Shown here: positions 9,701-24,700 of the stretch, one piece after another
How positions within the stretch are numbered: the first letter of the stretch is position 1
How the letters are laid out: every line of letters begins with the position of its first letter
DNA from: Bugula neritina
Lineage: Eukaryota; Animalia; Bryozoa
Assembly (NCBI GenBank): GCA_964035545.1
Contig: CAXIUT010000073.1
Location: 496,001 to 560,000 of the forward strand
DNA length: 64,000 nucleotides
Direction: 5' to 3'
Made by a program: the position numbers and the translations under genes
The notes under the pieces: generated by a model
Seen by the model: the letters and a program-made list of their open reading frames with translations, nothing else
Told to the model about the DNA's origin: nothing
Databases searched by the model: none

Positions 9701-12700
9701 AGCTGGTTAGCTGACAGGACACATTAAAGTTCTTAACTCTTGTGTCTATAGTGATGCCCATCTTGAACTAGAGAGGGCTGACTGAAGACTGCTACTTTGT
9801 GAAAATTGACAATGCATATTACTATTATTCATTGTTGAGATTCACGACTGCCATGAACAATGATAAAATATTCATTGTTGGTACTACTGAGTAGAATAAA
9901 ATATAATATAATATTGTTTTCTGGACAGAAAAGTAATATCAAATGCATATTATAACTTACCATAAATCTACAGTGCTTCACATCTTCACCTTTTCCTGCA
10001 ATTTTATTTCTTTGCAGTTAGAAGTAGTAGCTGAATATATGACGATGAAACATAACCCTTCAATTTCATTGCACCAGCACCAGTTGCAAGATAGGTGTGT
10101 TGGGAGTTATCTTTCCTAAAAATTTGTTCTTGGTGTTTATACGAAGCAGACACAGGCTAATATTAGTTTTGTTATTTGCAAGAGTTTTTCTGTCTGATTG
10201 TCCATCAGCAAAAGTTTGCGCCTTGCAGTTATTATGAAAATACCAGTGATGCTGGAAGACCTTTGCATTGTACACCCGCCTTTACTATTGAATTTAGATG
10301 TTTTATTTTCCCATCCCCTCTCCTGCCCCCCTGTCCCCTCTAACAACCAGCAATCTTGACTCATGTGAATTTTGTTATTGTTCTAGAGTTGGCCCATGGG
10401 CCTACAGTATACGATTTGAAACTTTATAGTTTACAGGCAGTCGAGATGAGTCAGTGCTGAAACCCATTTTATTAGTAGACTATATTGCTCTTCAATAATC
10501 AGTTTTCATATTAAAAGAGAAAGCTCATCTGCAGCGCCATTTTACAGTGTTATATTTTGCCAGAGCAATAACTAATTTTAGATGCCTTTGCAAACATATG
10601 AGAAATAAATGAGTCATTCTATGAAAAGAGGTGTTTGCAGCACTTGTCCACTTTTGATTTACACGCGGCATGGAAACTTTTGTAGTTTTAAATAATGTCT
10701 CCAAATTCATCACTTGCATGTGTTTAGATACTTGATGAAAATTTTTATGCAAAACTTGATGCCTGCTTCAAAGACACCAGTGCTTAATTACTGTGTTAAC
10801 TGTATTGGCACGTTGCCATGAGATATTTGGTAATATTTCGCATCACAACAAACTCTTCAGAAAGTTGAGAAAATCAGTCTAGAAAGTTAATGAAATAAAC
10901 CTACCAGAGAGAGTAAGCCAGATGTAACAAGTAGATCCAAAACAAGTTGATAAACAATTGAAGTTGAAGTCTCCATGTAGTCAACACGTTAGTCCTAATG
11001 TCAAATGCAAACGTCTGCAACCAAACTGTGTAGACTTCATAAGCTGGTTAGCTGACAGGGGAGATTGAAGTTCTTAACTCTTGTGTGTATAGTGATGCCC
11101 ATCTTGAACCAGAGATGGCTGACTGAAGACTGCTACTTTGTGAAAATTGACAATGCATATTATTATTATTCATTGTTGAGATTCACGACTGCCATAAACA
11201 ATGATAAAATATTCATTGTTGGTACTACTGAGTAGAATAAAATATAATATAATATTATTTTCTGGACAGATAAATAATATCAAATGCATATTATAACTTA
11301 CCATAAATATACAGTGCTTCACATCTTCACCTTTTTCTGCAATGTTATTTCTTTGCAGTTAGAAGTACTAGCTGAATATATGACTATGAAACATAACCCT
11401 TCAATTTCATTGCACCAGCACCAGTTGCAAGATAGGTGTATTGAGAGTTATCTTTCCCAAAATTTTGTTCTTGGTGTTTATACGAAGCAGACACAGGCTA
11501 ATATTAGTTTTGTTATTTGCAAGAGTTTTTCTGTCTGATTGTCCATCAGCAAAAGTTTGCGCCTTGCAGTTATTATGGAAATACCAGTGATGCTGGAAGA
11601 CCTTTGCATTGTACACCCGCCTTGACTATTGAAGTTAGATGTTTTATTTTCCCATCCCCTCTCCCGCCCCCCTGTCCCCTCTAACAACCGGCAATCCTGA
11701 CTCATGTGAATTGTGTTATTGTTCTAGAGTTGGCCCATGGGCCTACAGTATACGATTTGAAGCTTTATAGTTTACAGGCAGTCGAGATGAGTCACTGCTG
11801 AAACCCATTTTATTAGTAGACTATATTGCTCTTCAATCATCAGTTTTCATATTAAAACAGAAAGCTCATCTGCAGCGCCATTTCACAGTGTTATATTTTG
11901 CTAGAGCAATAACTAATTTTAGATGCCTTTGCAAACATATGAGAAATAAATGAGTCATTCTATGAAAAGAGGTGTTTGCAGCACTTGTCCACTTTTGATT
12001 TACACGCGGCATCGAAACTTTTGTAGTTTTAAATAATGTCTCCAAATTCATCACTTGCATGTGTTTAGATACTTGATGAAAATGTTTATGCAAAATTTGA
12101 TGCCTGCTTCAAAGACACCAGTGCTTAATTACTGTGTTAACTGTATTGGCACGTTGCCATGAGATATTTGGTAATATTTCGCATCACAACAAACTCTTCA
12201 GAAAGTTAAGAAAATCAGTCTAGAAAGTTAATGAAATAAACCTACCAGAGAGAGTAAGCCAGATGTAACAAGTAGATCCAAAACAAGTTGATTAACAATT
12301 GAAGTTGAAGTCTCGATGTAGTCAACACTTTAGTCCTAACGTCAAATGCTAACGTCTGCAACCAAACTGTGAAGACTTCATGAGCTGGTTAGCTGACAGG
12401 ACACATTAAAGTTCTTAACTCTTGTGTGTATAGTGATGCCCATCTTGAACTAGAGAGGGCTGACTGAAGACTGCTACTTTGTGAAAATTGACAATGCATA
12501 TTATTATTATTCATTGTTGAGATTCACGACTGCCATAAACAATGATAAAATATTCATTGTTGGTACTACTGAGTAGAATAAAATATAATATAATATTGTT
12601 TTCTGGACAGAAAAGTAATATCAAATGCATATTATAACTTACCATAAATCTACAGTGCTTCACATCTTCACCTTTTCCTGCAATTTTATTTCTTTGCAGT

Positions 12701-15700
12701 TAGAAGTAGTAGCTGAATATATGACGATGAAACATAACCCTTCAATTTCATTGCACCAGCACCAGTTGCAAGATAGGTGTGTTGGGAGTTATCTTTCCTA
12801 AAAATTTGTTCTTGGTGTTTATACGAAGCAGACACAGGCTAATATTAGTTTTGTTATTTGCAAGAGTTTTCCTGTCTGATTTTCCATCAGCAAAAGTTTG
12901 CGCCTTGCAGTTATTATGAAAATACCAGTGATGCTGGAAGACCTTTGCATTGTACACCCGCCTTTACTATTGAATTTAGATGTTTTATTTTCCCATCCCC
13001 TCTCCTGCCCCCCTATCCCCTCTAACAACCAGCAATCTTGACTCATGTGAATTTTGTTATTGTTCTAGAGTTGGCCCATGGGCCTACAGTATACGATTTG
13101 AAACTTTATAGTTTACAGGCAGTCGAGATGAGTCAGTGCTGAAACCCATTTTATTAGTAGACTATATTGCTCTTCAATAATCAGTTTTCATATTAAAAGA
13201 GAAAGCTCATCTGCAGCGCCATTTTACAGTGTTATATTTTGCCAGAGCAATAACTAATTTTAGATGCCTTTGCAAACATATGAGAAATAAATGAGTCATT
13301 CTATGAAAAGAGGTGTTTGCAGCACTTGTCCACTTTTGATTTACACGCGGCATGGAAACTTTTGTAGTTTTAAATAATGTCTCCAAATTCATCACTTGCA
13401 TGTGTTTAGATACTTGATGAAAATTTTTATGCAAAACTTGATGCCTGCTTCAAAGACACCAGTGCTTAATTACTGTGTTAACTGTATTGGCACGTTGCCA
13501 TGAGATATTTGGTAATATTTCGCATCACAACAAACTCTTCAGAAAGTTGAGAAAATCAGTCTAGAAAGTTAATGAAATAAACCTACCAGAGAGAGTAAGC
13601 CAGATGTAACAAGTAGATCCAAAACAAGTTGATAAACAATTGAAGTTGAAGTCTCCATGTAGTCAACACGTTAGTCCTAATGTCAAATGCAAACGTCTGC
13701 AACCAAACTGTGTAGACTTCATAAGCTGGTTAGCTGACAGGGGAGATTGAAGTTCTTAACTCTTGTGTGTATAGTGATGCCCATCTTGAACCAGAGATGG
13801 CTGACTGAAGACTGCTACTTTGTGAAAATTGACAATGCATATTATTATTATTCATTGTTGAGATTCACGACTGCCATAAACAATGATAAAATATTCATTG
13901 TTGGTACTACTGAGTAGAATAAAATATAATATAATATTATTTTCTGGACAGATAAATAATATCAAATGCATATTATAACTTACCATAAATATACAGTGCT
14001 TCACATCTTCACCTTTTTCTGCAATGTTATTTCTTTGCAGTTAGAAGTACTAGCTGAATATGTGACTATGAAACATAACCCTTCAATTTCATTGCACCAG
14101 CACCAGTTGCAAGATAGGTGTATTGAGAGTTATCTTTCCCAAAATTTTGTTCTTGGTGTTTATACGAAGCAGACACAGGCTAATATTAGTTTTGTTATTT
14201 GCAAGAGTTTTTCTGTCTGATTGTCCATCAGCAAAAGTTTGCGCCTTGCAGTTATTATGGAAATACCAGTGATGCTGGAAGACCTTTGCATTGTACACCC
14301 GCCTTGACTATTGAAGTTAGATGTTTTATTTTCCCATCCCCTCTCCCGCCCCCCTGTCCCCTCTAACAACCGGCAATCCTGACTCATGTGAATTGTGTTA
14401 TTGTTCTAGAGTTGGCCCATGGGCCTACAGTATACGATTTGAAGCTTTATAGTTTACAGGCAGTCGAGATGAGTCACTGCTGAAACCCATTTTATTAGTA
14501 GACTATATTGCTCTTCAATCATCAGTTTTCATATTAAAACAGAAAGCTCATCTGCAGCGCCATTTCACAGTGTTATATTTTGCTAGAGCAATAACTAATT
14601 TTAGATGCCTTTGCAAACATATGAGAAATAAATGAGTCATTCTATGAAAAGAGGTGTTTGCAGCACTTGTCCACTTTTGATTTACACGCGGCATCGAAAC
14701 TTTTGTAGTTTTAAATAATGTCTCCAAATTCATCACTTGCATGTGTTTAGATACTTGATGAAAATGTTTATGCAAAATTTGATGCCTGCTTCAAAGACAC
14801 CAGTGCTTAATTACTGTGTTAACTGTATTGGCACGTTGCCATGAGATATTTGGTAATATTTCGCATCACAACAAACTCTTCAGAAAGTTACGAAAATCAG
14901 TCTAGAAAGTTAATGAAATAAACCTACCAGAGAGAGTAAGCCAGATGTAACAAGTAGATCCAAAACAAGTTGATTAACAATTGAAGTTGAAGTCTCGATG
15001 TAGTCAACACTTTAGTCCTAACGTCAAATGCTAACGTCTGCAACCAAACTGTGAAGACTTCATGAGCTGGTTAGCTGACAGGACACATTAAAGTTCTTAA
15101 CTCTTGTGTCTATAGTGATGCCCATCTTGAACTAGAGAGGGCTGACTGAAGACTGCTACTTTGTGAAAATTGACAATGCATATTACTATTATTCATTGTT
15201 GAGATTCACGACTGCCATGAACAATGATAAAATATTCATTGTTGGTACTACTGAGTAGAATAAAATATAATATAATATTGTTTTCTGGACAGAAAAGTAA
15301 TATCAAATGCATATTATAACTTACCATAAATCTACAGTGCTTCACATCTTCACCTTTTCCTGCAATTTTATTTCTTTGCAGTTAGAAGTAGTAGCTGAAT
15401 ATATGACGATGAAACATAACCCTTCAATTTCATTGCACCAGCACCAGTTGCAAGATAGGTGTGTTGGGAGTTATCTTTCCTAAAAATTTGTTCTTGGTGT
15501 TTATACGAAGCAGACACAGGCTAATATTAGTTTTGTTATTTGCAAGAGTTTTTCTGTCTGATTGTCCATCAGCAAAAGTTTGCGCCTTGCAGTTATTATG
15601 AAAATACCAGTGATGCTGGAAGACCTTTGCATTGTACACCCGCCTTTACTATTGAATTTAGATGTTTTATTTTCCCATCCCCTCTCCTGCCCCCCTGTCC

Positions 15701-18700
15701 CCTCTAACAACCAGCAATCTTGACTCATGTGAATTTTGTTATTGTTCTAGAGTTGGCCCATGGGCCTACAGTATACGATTTGAAACTTTATAGTTTACAG
15801 GCAGTCGAGATGAGTCAGTGCTGAAACCCATTTTATTAGTAGACTATATTGCTCTTCAATAATCAGTTTTCATATTAAAAGAGAAAGCTCATCTGCAGCG
15901 CCATTTTACAGTGTTATATTTTGCCAGAGCAATAACTAATTTTAGATGCCTTTGCAAACATATGAGAAATAAATGAGTCATTCTATGAAAAGAGGTGTTT
16001 GCAGCACTTGTCCACTTTTGATTTACACGCGGCATGGAAACTTTTGTAGTTTTAAATAATGTCTCCAAATTCATCACTTGCATGTGTTTAGATACTTGAT
16101 GAAAATTTTTATGCAAAACTTGATGCCTGCTTCAAAGACACCAGTGCTTAATTACTGTGTTAACTGTATTGGCACGTTGCCATGAGATATTTGGTAATAT
16201 TTCGCATCACAACAAACTCTTCAGAAAGTTGAGAAAATCAGTCTAGAAAGTTAATGAAATAAACCTACCAGAGAGAGTAAGCCAGATGTAACAAGTAGAT
16301 CCAAAACAAGTTGATAAACAATTGAAGTTGAAGTCTCCATGTAGTCAACACGTTAGTCCTAATGTCAAATGCAAACGTCTGCAACCAAACTGTGTAGACT
16401 TCATAAGCTGGTTAGCTGACAGGGGAGATTGAAGTTCTTAACTCTTGTGTGTATAGTGATGCCCATCTTGAACCAGAGATGGCTGACTGAAGACTGCTAC
16501 TTTGTGAAAATTGACAATGCATATTATTATTATTCATTGTTGAGATTCACGACTGCCATAAACAATGATAAAATATTCATTGTTGGTACTACTGAGTAGA
16601 ATAAAATATAATATAATATTATTTTCTGGACAGATAAATAATATCAAATGCATATTATAACTTACCATAAATATACAGTGCTTCACATCTTCACCTTTTT
16701 CTGCAATGTTATTTCTTTGCAGTTAGAAGTACTAGCTGAATATATGACTATGAAACATAACCCTTCAATTTCATTGCACCAGCACCAGTTGCAAGATAGG
16801 TGTATTGAGAGTTATCTTTCCCAAAATTTTGTTCTTGGTGTTTATACGAAGCAGACACAGGCTAATATTAGTTTTGTTATTTGCAAGAGTTTTTCTGTCT
16901 GATTGTCCATCAGCAAAAGTTTGCGCCTTGCAGTTATTATGGAAATACCAGTGATGCTGGAAGACCTTTGCATTGTACACCCGCCTTGACTATTGAAGTT
17001 AGATGTTTTATTTTCCCATCCCCTCTCCCGCCCCCCTGTCCCCTCTAACAACCGGCAATCCTGACTCATGTGAATTGTGTTATTGTTCTAGAGTTGGCCC
17101 ATGGGCCTACAGTATACGATTTGAAGCTTTATAGTTTACAGGCAGTCGAGATGAGTCACTGCTGAAACCCATTTTATTAGTAGACTATATTGCTCTTCAA
17201 TCATCAGTTTTCATATTAAAACAGAAAGCTCATCTGCAGCGCCATTTCACAGTGTTATATTTTGCTAGAGCAATAACTAATTTTAGATGCCTTTGCAAAC
17301 ATATGAGAAATAAATGAGTCATTCTATGAAAAGAGGTGTTTGCAGCACTTGTCCACTTTTGATTTACACGCGGCATCGAAACTTTTGTAGTTTTAAATAA
17401 TGTCTCCAAATTCATCACTTGCATGTGTTTAGATACTTGATGAAAATGTTTATGCAAAATTTGATGCCTGCTTCAAAGACACCAGTGCTTAATTACTGTG
17501 TTAACTGTATTGGCACGTTGCCATGAGATATTTGGTAATATTTCGCATCACAACAAACTCTTCAGAAAGTTAAGAAAATCAGTCTAGAAAGTTAATGAAA
17601 TAAACCTACCAGAGAGAGTAAGCCAGATGTAACAAGTAGATCCAAAACAAGTTGATTAACAATTGAAGTTGAAGTCTCGATGTAGTCAACACTTTAGTCC
17701 TAACGTCAAATGCTAACGTCTGCAACCAAACTGTGAAGACTTCATGAGCTGGTTAGCTGACAGGACACATTAAAGTTCTTAACTCTTGTGTGTATAGTGA
17801 TGCCCATCTTGAACTAGAGAGGGCTGACTGAAGACTGCTACTTTGTGAAAATTGACAATGCATATTATTATTATTCATTGTTGAGATTCACGACTGCCAT
17901 AAACAATGATAAAATATTCATTGTTGGTACTACTGAGTAGAATAAAATATAATATAATATTGTTTTCTGGACAGAAAAGTAATATCAAATGCATATTATA
18001 ACTTACCATAAATCTACAGTGCTTCACATCTTCACCTTTTCCTGCAATTTTATTTCTTTGCAGTTAGAAGTAGTAGCTGAATATATGACGATGAAACATA
18101 ACCCTTCAATTTCATTGCACCAGCACCAGTTGCAAGATAGGTGTGTTGGGAGTTATCTTTCCTAAAAATTTGTTCTTGGTGTTTATACGAAGCAGACACA
18201 GGCTAATATTAGTTTTGTTATTTGCAAGAGTTTTCCTGTCTGATTTTCCATCAGCAAAAGTTTGCGCCTTGCAGTTATTATGAAAATACCAGTGATGCTG
18301 GAAGACCTTTGCATTGTACACCCGCCTTTACTATTGAATTTAGATGTTTTATTTTCCCATCCCCTCTCCTGCCCCCCTATCCCCTCTAACAACCAGCAAT
18401 CTTGACTCATGTGAATTTTGTTATTGTTCTAGAGTTGGCCCATGGGCCTACAGTATACGATTTGAAACTTTATAGTTTACAGGCAGTCGAGATGAGTCAG
18501 TGCTGAAACCCATTTTATTAGTAGACTATATTGCTCTTCAATAATCAGTTTTCATATTAAAAGAGAAAGCTCATCTGCAGCGCCATTTTACAGTGTTATA
18601 TTTTGCCAGAGCAATAACTAATTTTAGATGCCTTTGCAAACATATGAGAAATAAATGAGTCATTCTATGAAAAGAGGTGTTTGCAGCACTTGTCCACTTT

Positions 18701-21700
18701 TGATTTACACGCGGCATGGAAACTTTTGTAGTTTTAAATAATGTCTCCAAATTCATCACTTGCATGTGTTTAGATACTTGATGAAAATTTTTATGCAAAA
18801 CTTGATGCCTGCTTCAAAGACACCAGTGCTTAATTACTGTGTTAACTGTATTGGCACGTTGCCATGAGATATTTGGTAATATTTCGCATCACAACAAACT
18901 CTTCAGAAAGTTGAGAAAATCAGTCTAGAAAGTTAATGAAATAAACCTACCAGAGAGAGTAAGCCAGATGTAACAAGTAGATCCAAAACAAGTTGATAAA
19001 CAATTGAAGTTGAAGTCTCCATGTAGTCAACACGTTAGTCCTAATGTCAAATGCAAACGTCTGCAACCAAACTGTGTAGACTTCATAAGCTGGTTAGCTG
19101 ACAGGGGAGATTGAAGTTCTTAACTCTTGTGTGTATAGTGATGCCCATCTTGAACCAGAGATGGCTGACTGAAGACTGCTACTTTGTGAAAATTGACAAT
19201 GCATATTATTATTATTCATTGTTGAGATTCACGACTGCCATAAACAATGATAAAATATTCATTGTTGGTACTACTGAGTAGAATAAAATATAATATAATA
19301 TTATTTTCTGGACAGATAAATAATATCAAATGCATATTATAACTTACCATAAATATACAGTGCTTCACATCTTCACCTTTTTCTGCAATGTTATTTCTTT
19401 GCAGTTAGAAGTACTAGCTGAATATGTGACTATGAAACATAACCCTTCAATTTCATTGCACCAGCACCAGTTGCAAGATAGGTGTATTGAGAGTTATCTT
19501 TCCCAAAATTTTGTTCTTGGTGTTTATACGAAGCAGACACAGGCTAATATTAGTTTTGTTATTTGCAAGAGTTTTTCTGTCTGATTGTCCATCAGCAAAA
19601 GTTTGCGCCTTGCAGTTATTATGGAAATACCAGTGATGCTGGAAGACCTTTGCATTGTACACCCGCCTTGACTATTGAAGTTAGATGTTTTATTTTCCCA
19701 TCCCCTCTCCCGCCCCCCTGTCCCCTCTAACAACCGGCAATCCTGACTCATGTGAATTGTGTTATTGTTCTAGAGTTGGCCCATGGGCCTACAGTATACG
19801 ATTTGAAGCTTTATAGTTTACAGGCAGTCGAGATGAGTCACTGCTGAAACCCATTTTATTAGTAGACTATATTGCTCTTCAATCATCAGTTTTCATATTA
19901 AAACAGAAAGCTCATCTGCAGCGCCATTTCACAGTGTTATATTTTGCTAGAGCAATAACTAATTTTAGATGCCTTTGCAAACATAGGAGAAATAAATGAG
20001 TCATTCTATGAAAAGAGGTGTTTGCAGCACTTGTCCACTTTTGATTTACACGCGGCATCGAAACTTTTGTAGTTTTAAATAATGTCTCCAAATTCATCAC
20101 TTGCATGTGTTTAGATACTTGATGAAAATGTTTATGCAAAATTTGATGCCTGCTTCAAAGACACCAGTGCTTAATTACTGTGTTAACTGTATTGGCACGT
20201 TGCCATGAGATATTTGGTAATATTTCGCATCACAACAAACTCTTCAGAAAGTTACGAAAATCAGTCTAGAAAGTTAATGAAATAAACCTACCAGAGAGAG
20301 TAAGCCAGATGTAACAAGTAGATCCAAAACAAGTTGATTAACAATTGAAGTTGAAGTCTCGATGTAGTCAACACTTTAGTCCTAACGTCAAATGCTAACG
20401 TCTGCAACCAAACTGTGAAGACTTCATGAGCTGGTTAGCTGACAGGACACATTAAAGTTCTTAACTCTTGTGTCTATAGTGATGCCCATCTTGAACTAGA
20501 GAGGGCTGACTGAAGACTGCTACTTTGTGAAAATTGACAATGCATATTACTATTATTCATTGTTGAGATTCACGACTGCCATGAACAATGATAAAATATT
20601 CATTGTTGGTACTACTGAGTAGAATAAAATATAATATAATATTGTTTTCTGGACAGAAAAGTAATATCAAATGCATATTATAACTTACCATAAATCTACA
20701 GTGCTTCACATCTTCACCTTTTCCTGCAATTTTATTTCTTTGCAGTTAGAAGTAGTAGCTGAATATATGACGATGAAACATAACCCTTCAATTTCATTGC
20801 ACCAGCACCAGTTGCAAGATAGGTGTGTTGGGAGTTATCTTTCCTAAAAATTTGTTCTTGGTGTTTATACGAAGCAGACACAGGCTAATATTAGTTTTGT
20901 TATTTGCAAGAGTTTTTCTGTCTGATTGTCCATCAGCAAAAGTTTGCGCCTTGCAGTTATTATGAAAATACCAGTGATGCTGGAAGACCTTTGCATTGTA
21001 CACCCGCCTTTACTATTGAATTTAGATGTTTTATTTTCCCATCCCCTCTCCTGCCCCCCTGTCCCCTCTAACAACCAGCAATCTTGACTCATGTGAATTT
21101 TGTTATTGTTCTAGAGTTGGCCCATGGGCCTACAGTATACGATTTGAAACTTTATAGTTTACAGGCAGTCGAGATGAGTCAGTGCTGAAACCCATTTTAT
21201 TAGTAGACTATATTGCTCTTCAATAATCAGTTTTCATATTAAAAGAGAAAGCTCATCTGCAGCGCCATTTTACAGTGTTATATTTTGCCAGAGCAATAAC
21301 TAATTTTAGATGCCTTTGCAAACATATGAGAAATAAATGAGTCATTCTATGAAAAGAGGTGTTTGCAGCACTTGTCCACTTTTGATTTACACGCGGCATG
21401 GAAACTTTTGTAGTTTTAAATAATGTCTCCAAATTCATCACTTGCATGTGTTTAGATACTTGATGAAAATTTTTATGCAAAACTTGATGCCTGCTTCAAA
21501 GACACCAGTGCTTAATTACTGTGTTAACTGTATTGGCACGTTGCCATGAGATATTTGGTAATATTTCGCATCACAACAAACTCTTCAGAAAGTTGAGAAA
21601 ATCAGTCTAGAAAGTTAATGAAATAAACCTACCAGAGAGAGTAAGCCAGATGTAACAAGTAGATCCAAAACAAGTTGATAAACAATTGAAGTTGAAGTCT

Positions 21701-24700
21701 CCATGTAGTCAACACGTTAGTCCTAATGTCAAATGCAAACGTCTGCAACCAAACTGTGTAGACTTCATAAGCTGGTTAGCTGACAGGGGAGATTGAAGTT
21801 CTTAACTCTTGTGTGTATAGTGATGCCCATCTTGAACCAGAGATGGCTGACTGAAGACTGCTACTTTGTGAAAATTGACAATGCATATTATTATTATTCA
21901 TTGTTGAGATTCACGACTGCCATAAACAATGATAAAATATTCATTGTTGGTACTACTGAGTAGAATAAAATATAATATAATATTATTTTCTGGACAGATA
22001 AATAATATCAAATGCATATTATAACTTACCATAAATATACAGTGCTTCACATCTTCACCTTTTTCTGCAATGTTATTTCTTTGCAGTTAGAAGTACTAGC
22101 TGAATATATGACTATGAAACATAACCCTTCAATTTCATTGCACCAGCACCAGTTGCAAGATAGGTGTATTGAGAGTTATCTTTCCCAAAATTTTGTTCTT
22201 GGTGTTTATACGAAGCAGACACAGGCTAATATTAGTTTTGTTATTTGCAAGAGTTTTTCTGTCTGATTGTCCATCAGCAAAAGTTTGCGCCTTGCAGTTA
22301 TTATGGAAATACCAGTGATGCTGGAAGACCTTTGCATTGTACACCCGCCTTGACTATTGAAGTTAGATGTTTTATTTTCCCATCCCCTCTCCCGCCCCCC
22401 TGTCCCCTCTAACAACCGGCAATCCTGACTCATGTGAATTGTGTTATTGTTCTAGAGTTGGCCCATGGGCCTACAGTATACGATTTGAAGCTTTATAGTT
22501 TACAGGCAGTCGAGATGAGTCACTGCTGAAACCCATTTTATTAGTAGACTATATTGCTCTTCAATCATCAGTTTTCATATTAAAACAGAAAGCTCATCTG
22601 CAGCGCCATTTCACAGTGTTATATTTTGCTAGAGCAATAACTAATTTTAGATGCCTTTGCAAACATATGAGAAATAAATGAGTCATTCTATGAAAAGAGG
22701 TGTTTGCAGCACTTGTCCACTTTTGATTTACACGCGGCATCGAAACTTTTGTAGTTTTAAATAATGTCTCCAAATTCATCACTTGCATGTGTTTAGATAC
22801 TTGATGAAAATGTTTATGCAAAATTTGATGCCTGCTTCAAAGACACCAGTGCTTAATTACTGTGTTAACTGTATTGGCACGTTGCCATGAGATATTTGGT
22901 AATATTTCGCATCACAACAAACTCTTCAGAAAGTTAAGAAAATCAGTCTAGAAAGTTAATGAAATAAACCTACCAGAGAGAGTAAGCCAGATGTAACAAG
23001 TAGATCCAAAACAAGTTGATTAACAATTGAAGTTGAAGTCTCGATGTAGTCAACACTTTAGTCCTAACGTCAAATGCTAACGTCTGCAACCAAACTGTGA
23101 AGACTTCATGAGCTGGTTAGCTGACAGGACACATTAAAGTTCTTAACTCTTGTGTGTATAGTGATGCCCATCTTGAACTAGAGAGGGCTGACTGAAGACT
23201 GCTACTTTGTGAAAATTGACAATGCATATTATTATTATTCATTGTTGAGATTCACGACTGCCATAAACAATGATAAAATATTCATTGTTGGTACTACTGA
23301 GTAGAATAAAATATAATATAATATTGTTTTCTGGACAGAAAAGTAATATCAAATGCATATTATAACTTACCATAAATCTACAGTGCTTCACATCTTCACC
23401 TTTTCCTGCAATTTTATTTCTTTGCAGTTAGAAGTAGTAGCTGAATATATGACGATGAAACATAACCCTTCAATTTCATTGCACCAGCACCAGTTGCAAG
23501 ATAGGTGTGTTGGGAGTTATCTTTCCTAAAAATTTGTTCTTGGTGTTTATACGAAGCAGACACAGGCTAATATTAGTTTTGTTATTTGCAAGAGTTTTCC
23601 TGTCTGATTTTCCATCAGCAAAAGTTTGCGCCTTGCAGTTATTATGAAAATACCAGTGATGCTGGAAGACCTTTGCATTGTACACCCGCCTTTACTATTG
23701 AATTTAGATGTTTTATTTTCCCATCCCCTCTCCTGCCCCCCTATCCCCTCTAACAACCAGCAATCTTGACTCATGTGAATTTTGTTATTGTTCTAGAGTT
23801 GGCCCATGGGCCTACAGTATACGATTTGAAACTTTATAGTTTACAGGCAGTCGAGATGAGTCAGTGCTGAAACCCATTTTATTAGTAGACTATATTGCTC
23901 TTCAATAATCAGTTTTCATATTAAAAGAGAAAGCTCATCTGCAGCGCCATTTTACAGTGTTATATTTTGCCAGAGCAATAACTAATTTTAGATGCCTTTG
24001 CAAACATATGAGAAATAAATGAGTCATTCTATGAAAAGAGGTGTTTGCAGCACTTGTCCACTTTTGATTTACACGCGGCATGGAAACTTTTGTAGTTTTA
24101 AATAATGTCTCCAAATTCATCACTTGCATGTGTTTAGATACTTGATGAAAATTTTTATGCAAAACTTGATGCCTGCTTCAAAGACACCAGTGCTTAATTA
24201 CTGTGTTAACTGTATTGGCACGTTGCCATGAGATATTTGGTAATATTTCGCATCACAACAAACTCTTCAGAAAGTTGAGAAAATCAGTCTAGAAAGTTAA
24301 TGAAATAAACCTACCAGAGAGAGTAAGCCAGATGTAACAAGTAGATCCAAAACAAGTTGATAAACAATTGAAGTTGAAGTCTCCATGTAGTCAACACGTT
24401 AGTCCTAATGTCAAATGCAAACGTCTGCAACCAAACTGTGTAGACTTCATAAGCTGGTTAGCTGACAGGGGAGATTGAAGTTCTTAACTCTTGTGTGTAT
24501 AGTGATGCCCATCTTGAACCAGAGATGGCTGACTGAAGACTGCTACTTTGTGAAAATTGACAATGCATATTATTATTATTCATTGTTGAGATTCACGACT
24601 GCCATAAACAATGATAAAATATTCATTGTTGGTACTACTGAGTAGAATAAAATATAATATAATATTATTTTCTGGACAGATAAATAATATCAAATGCATA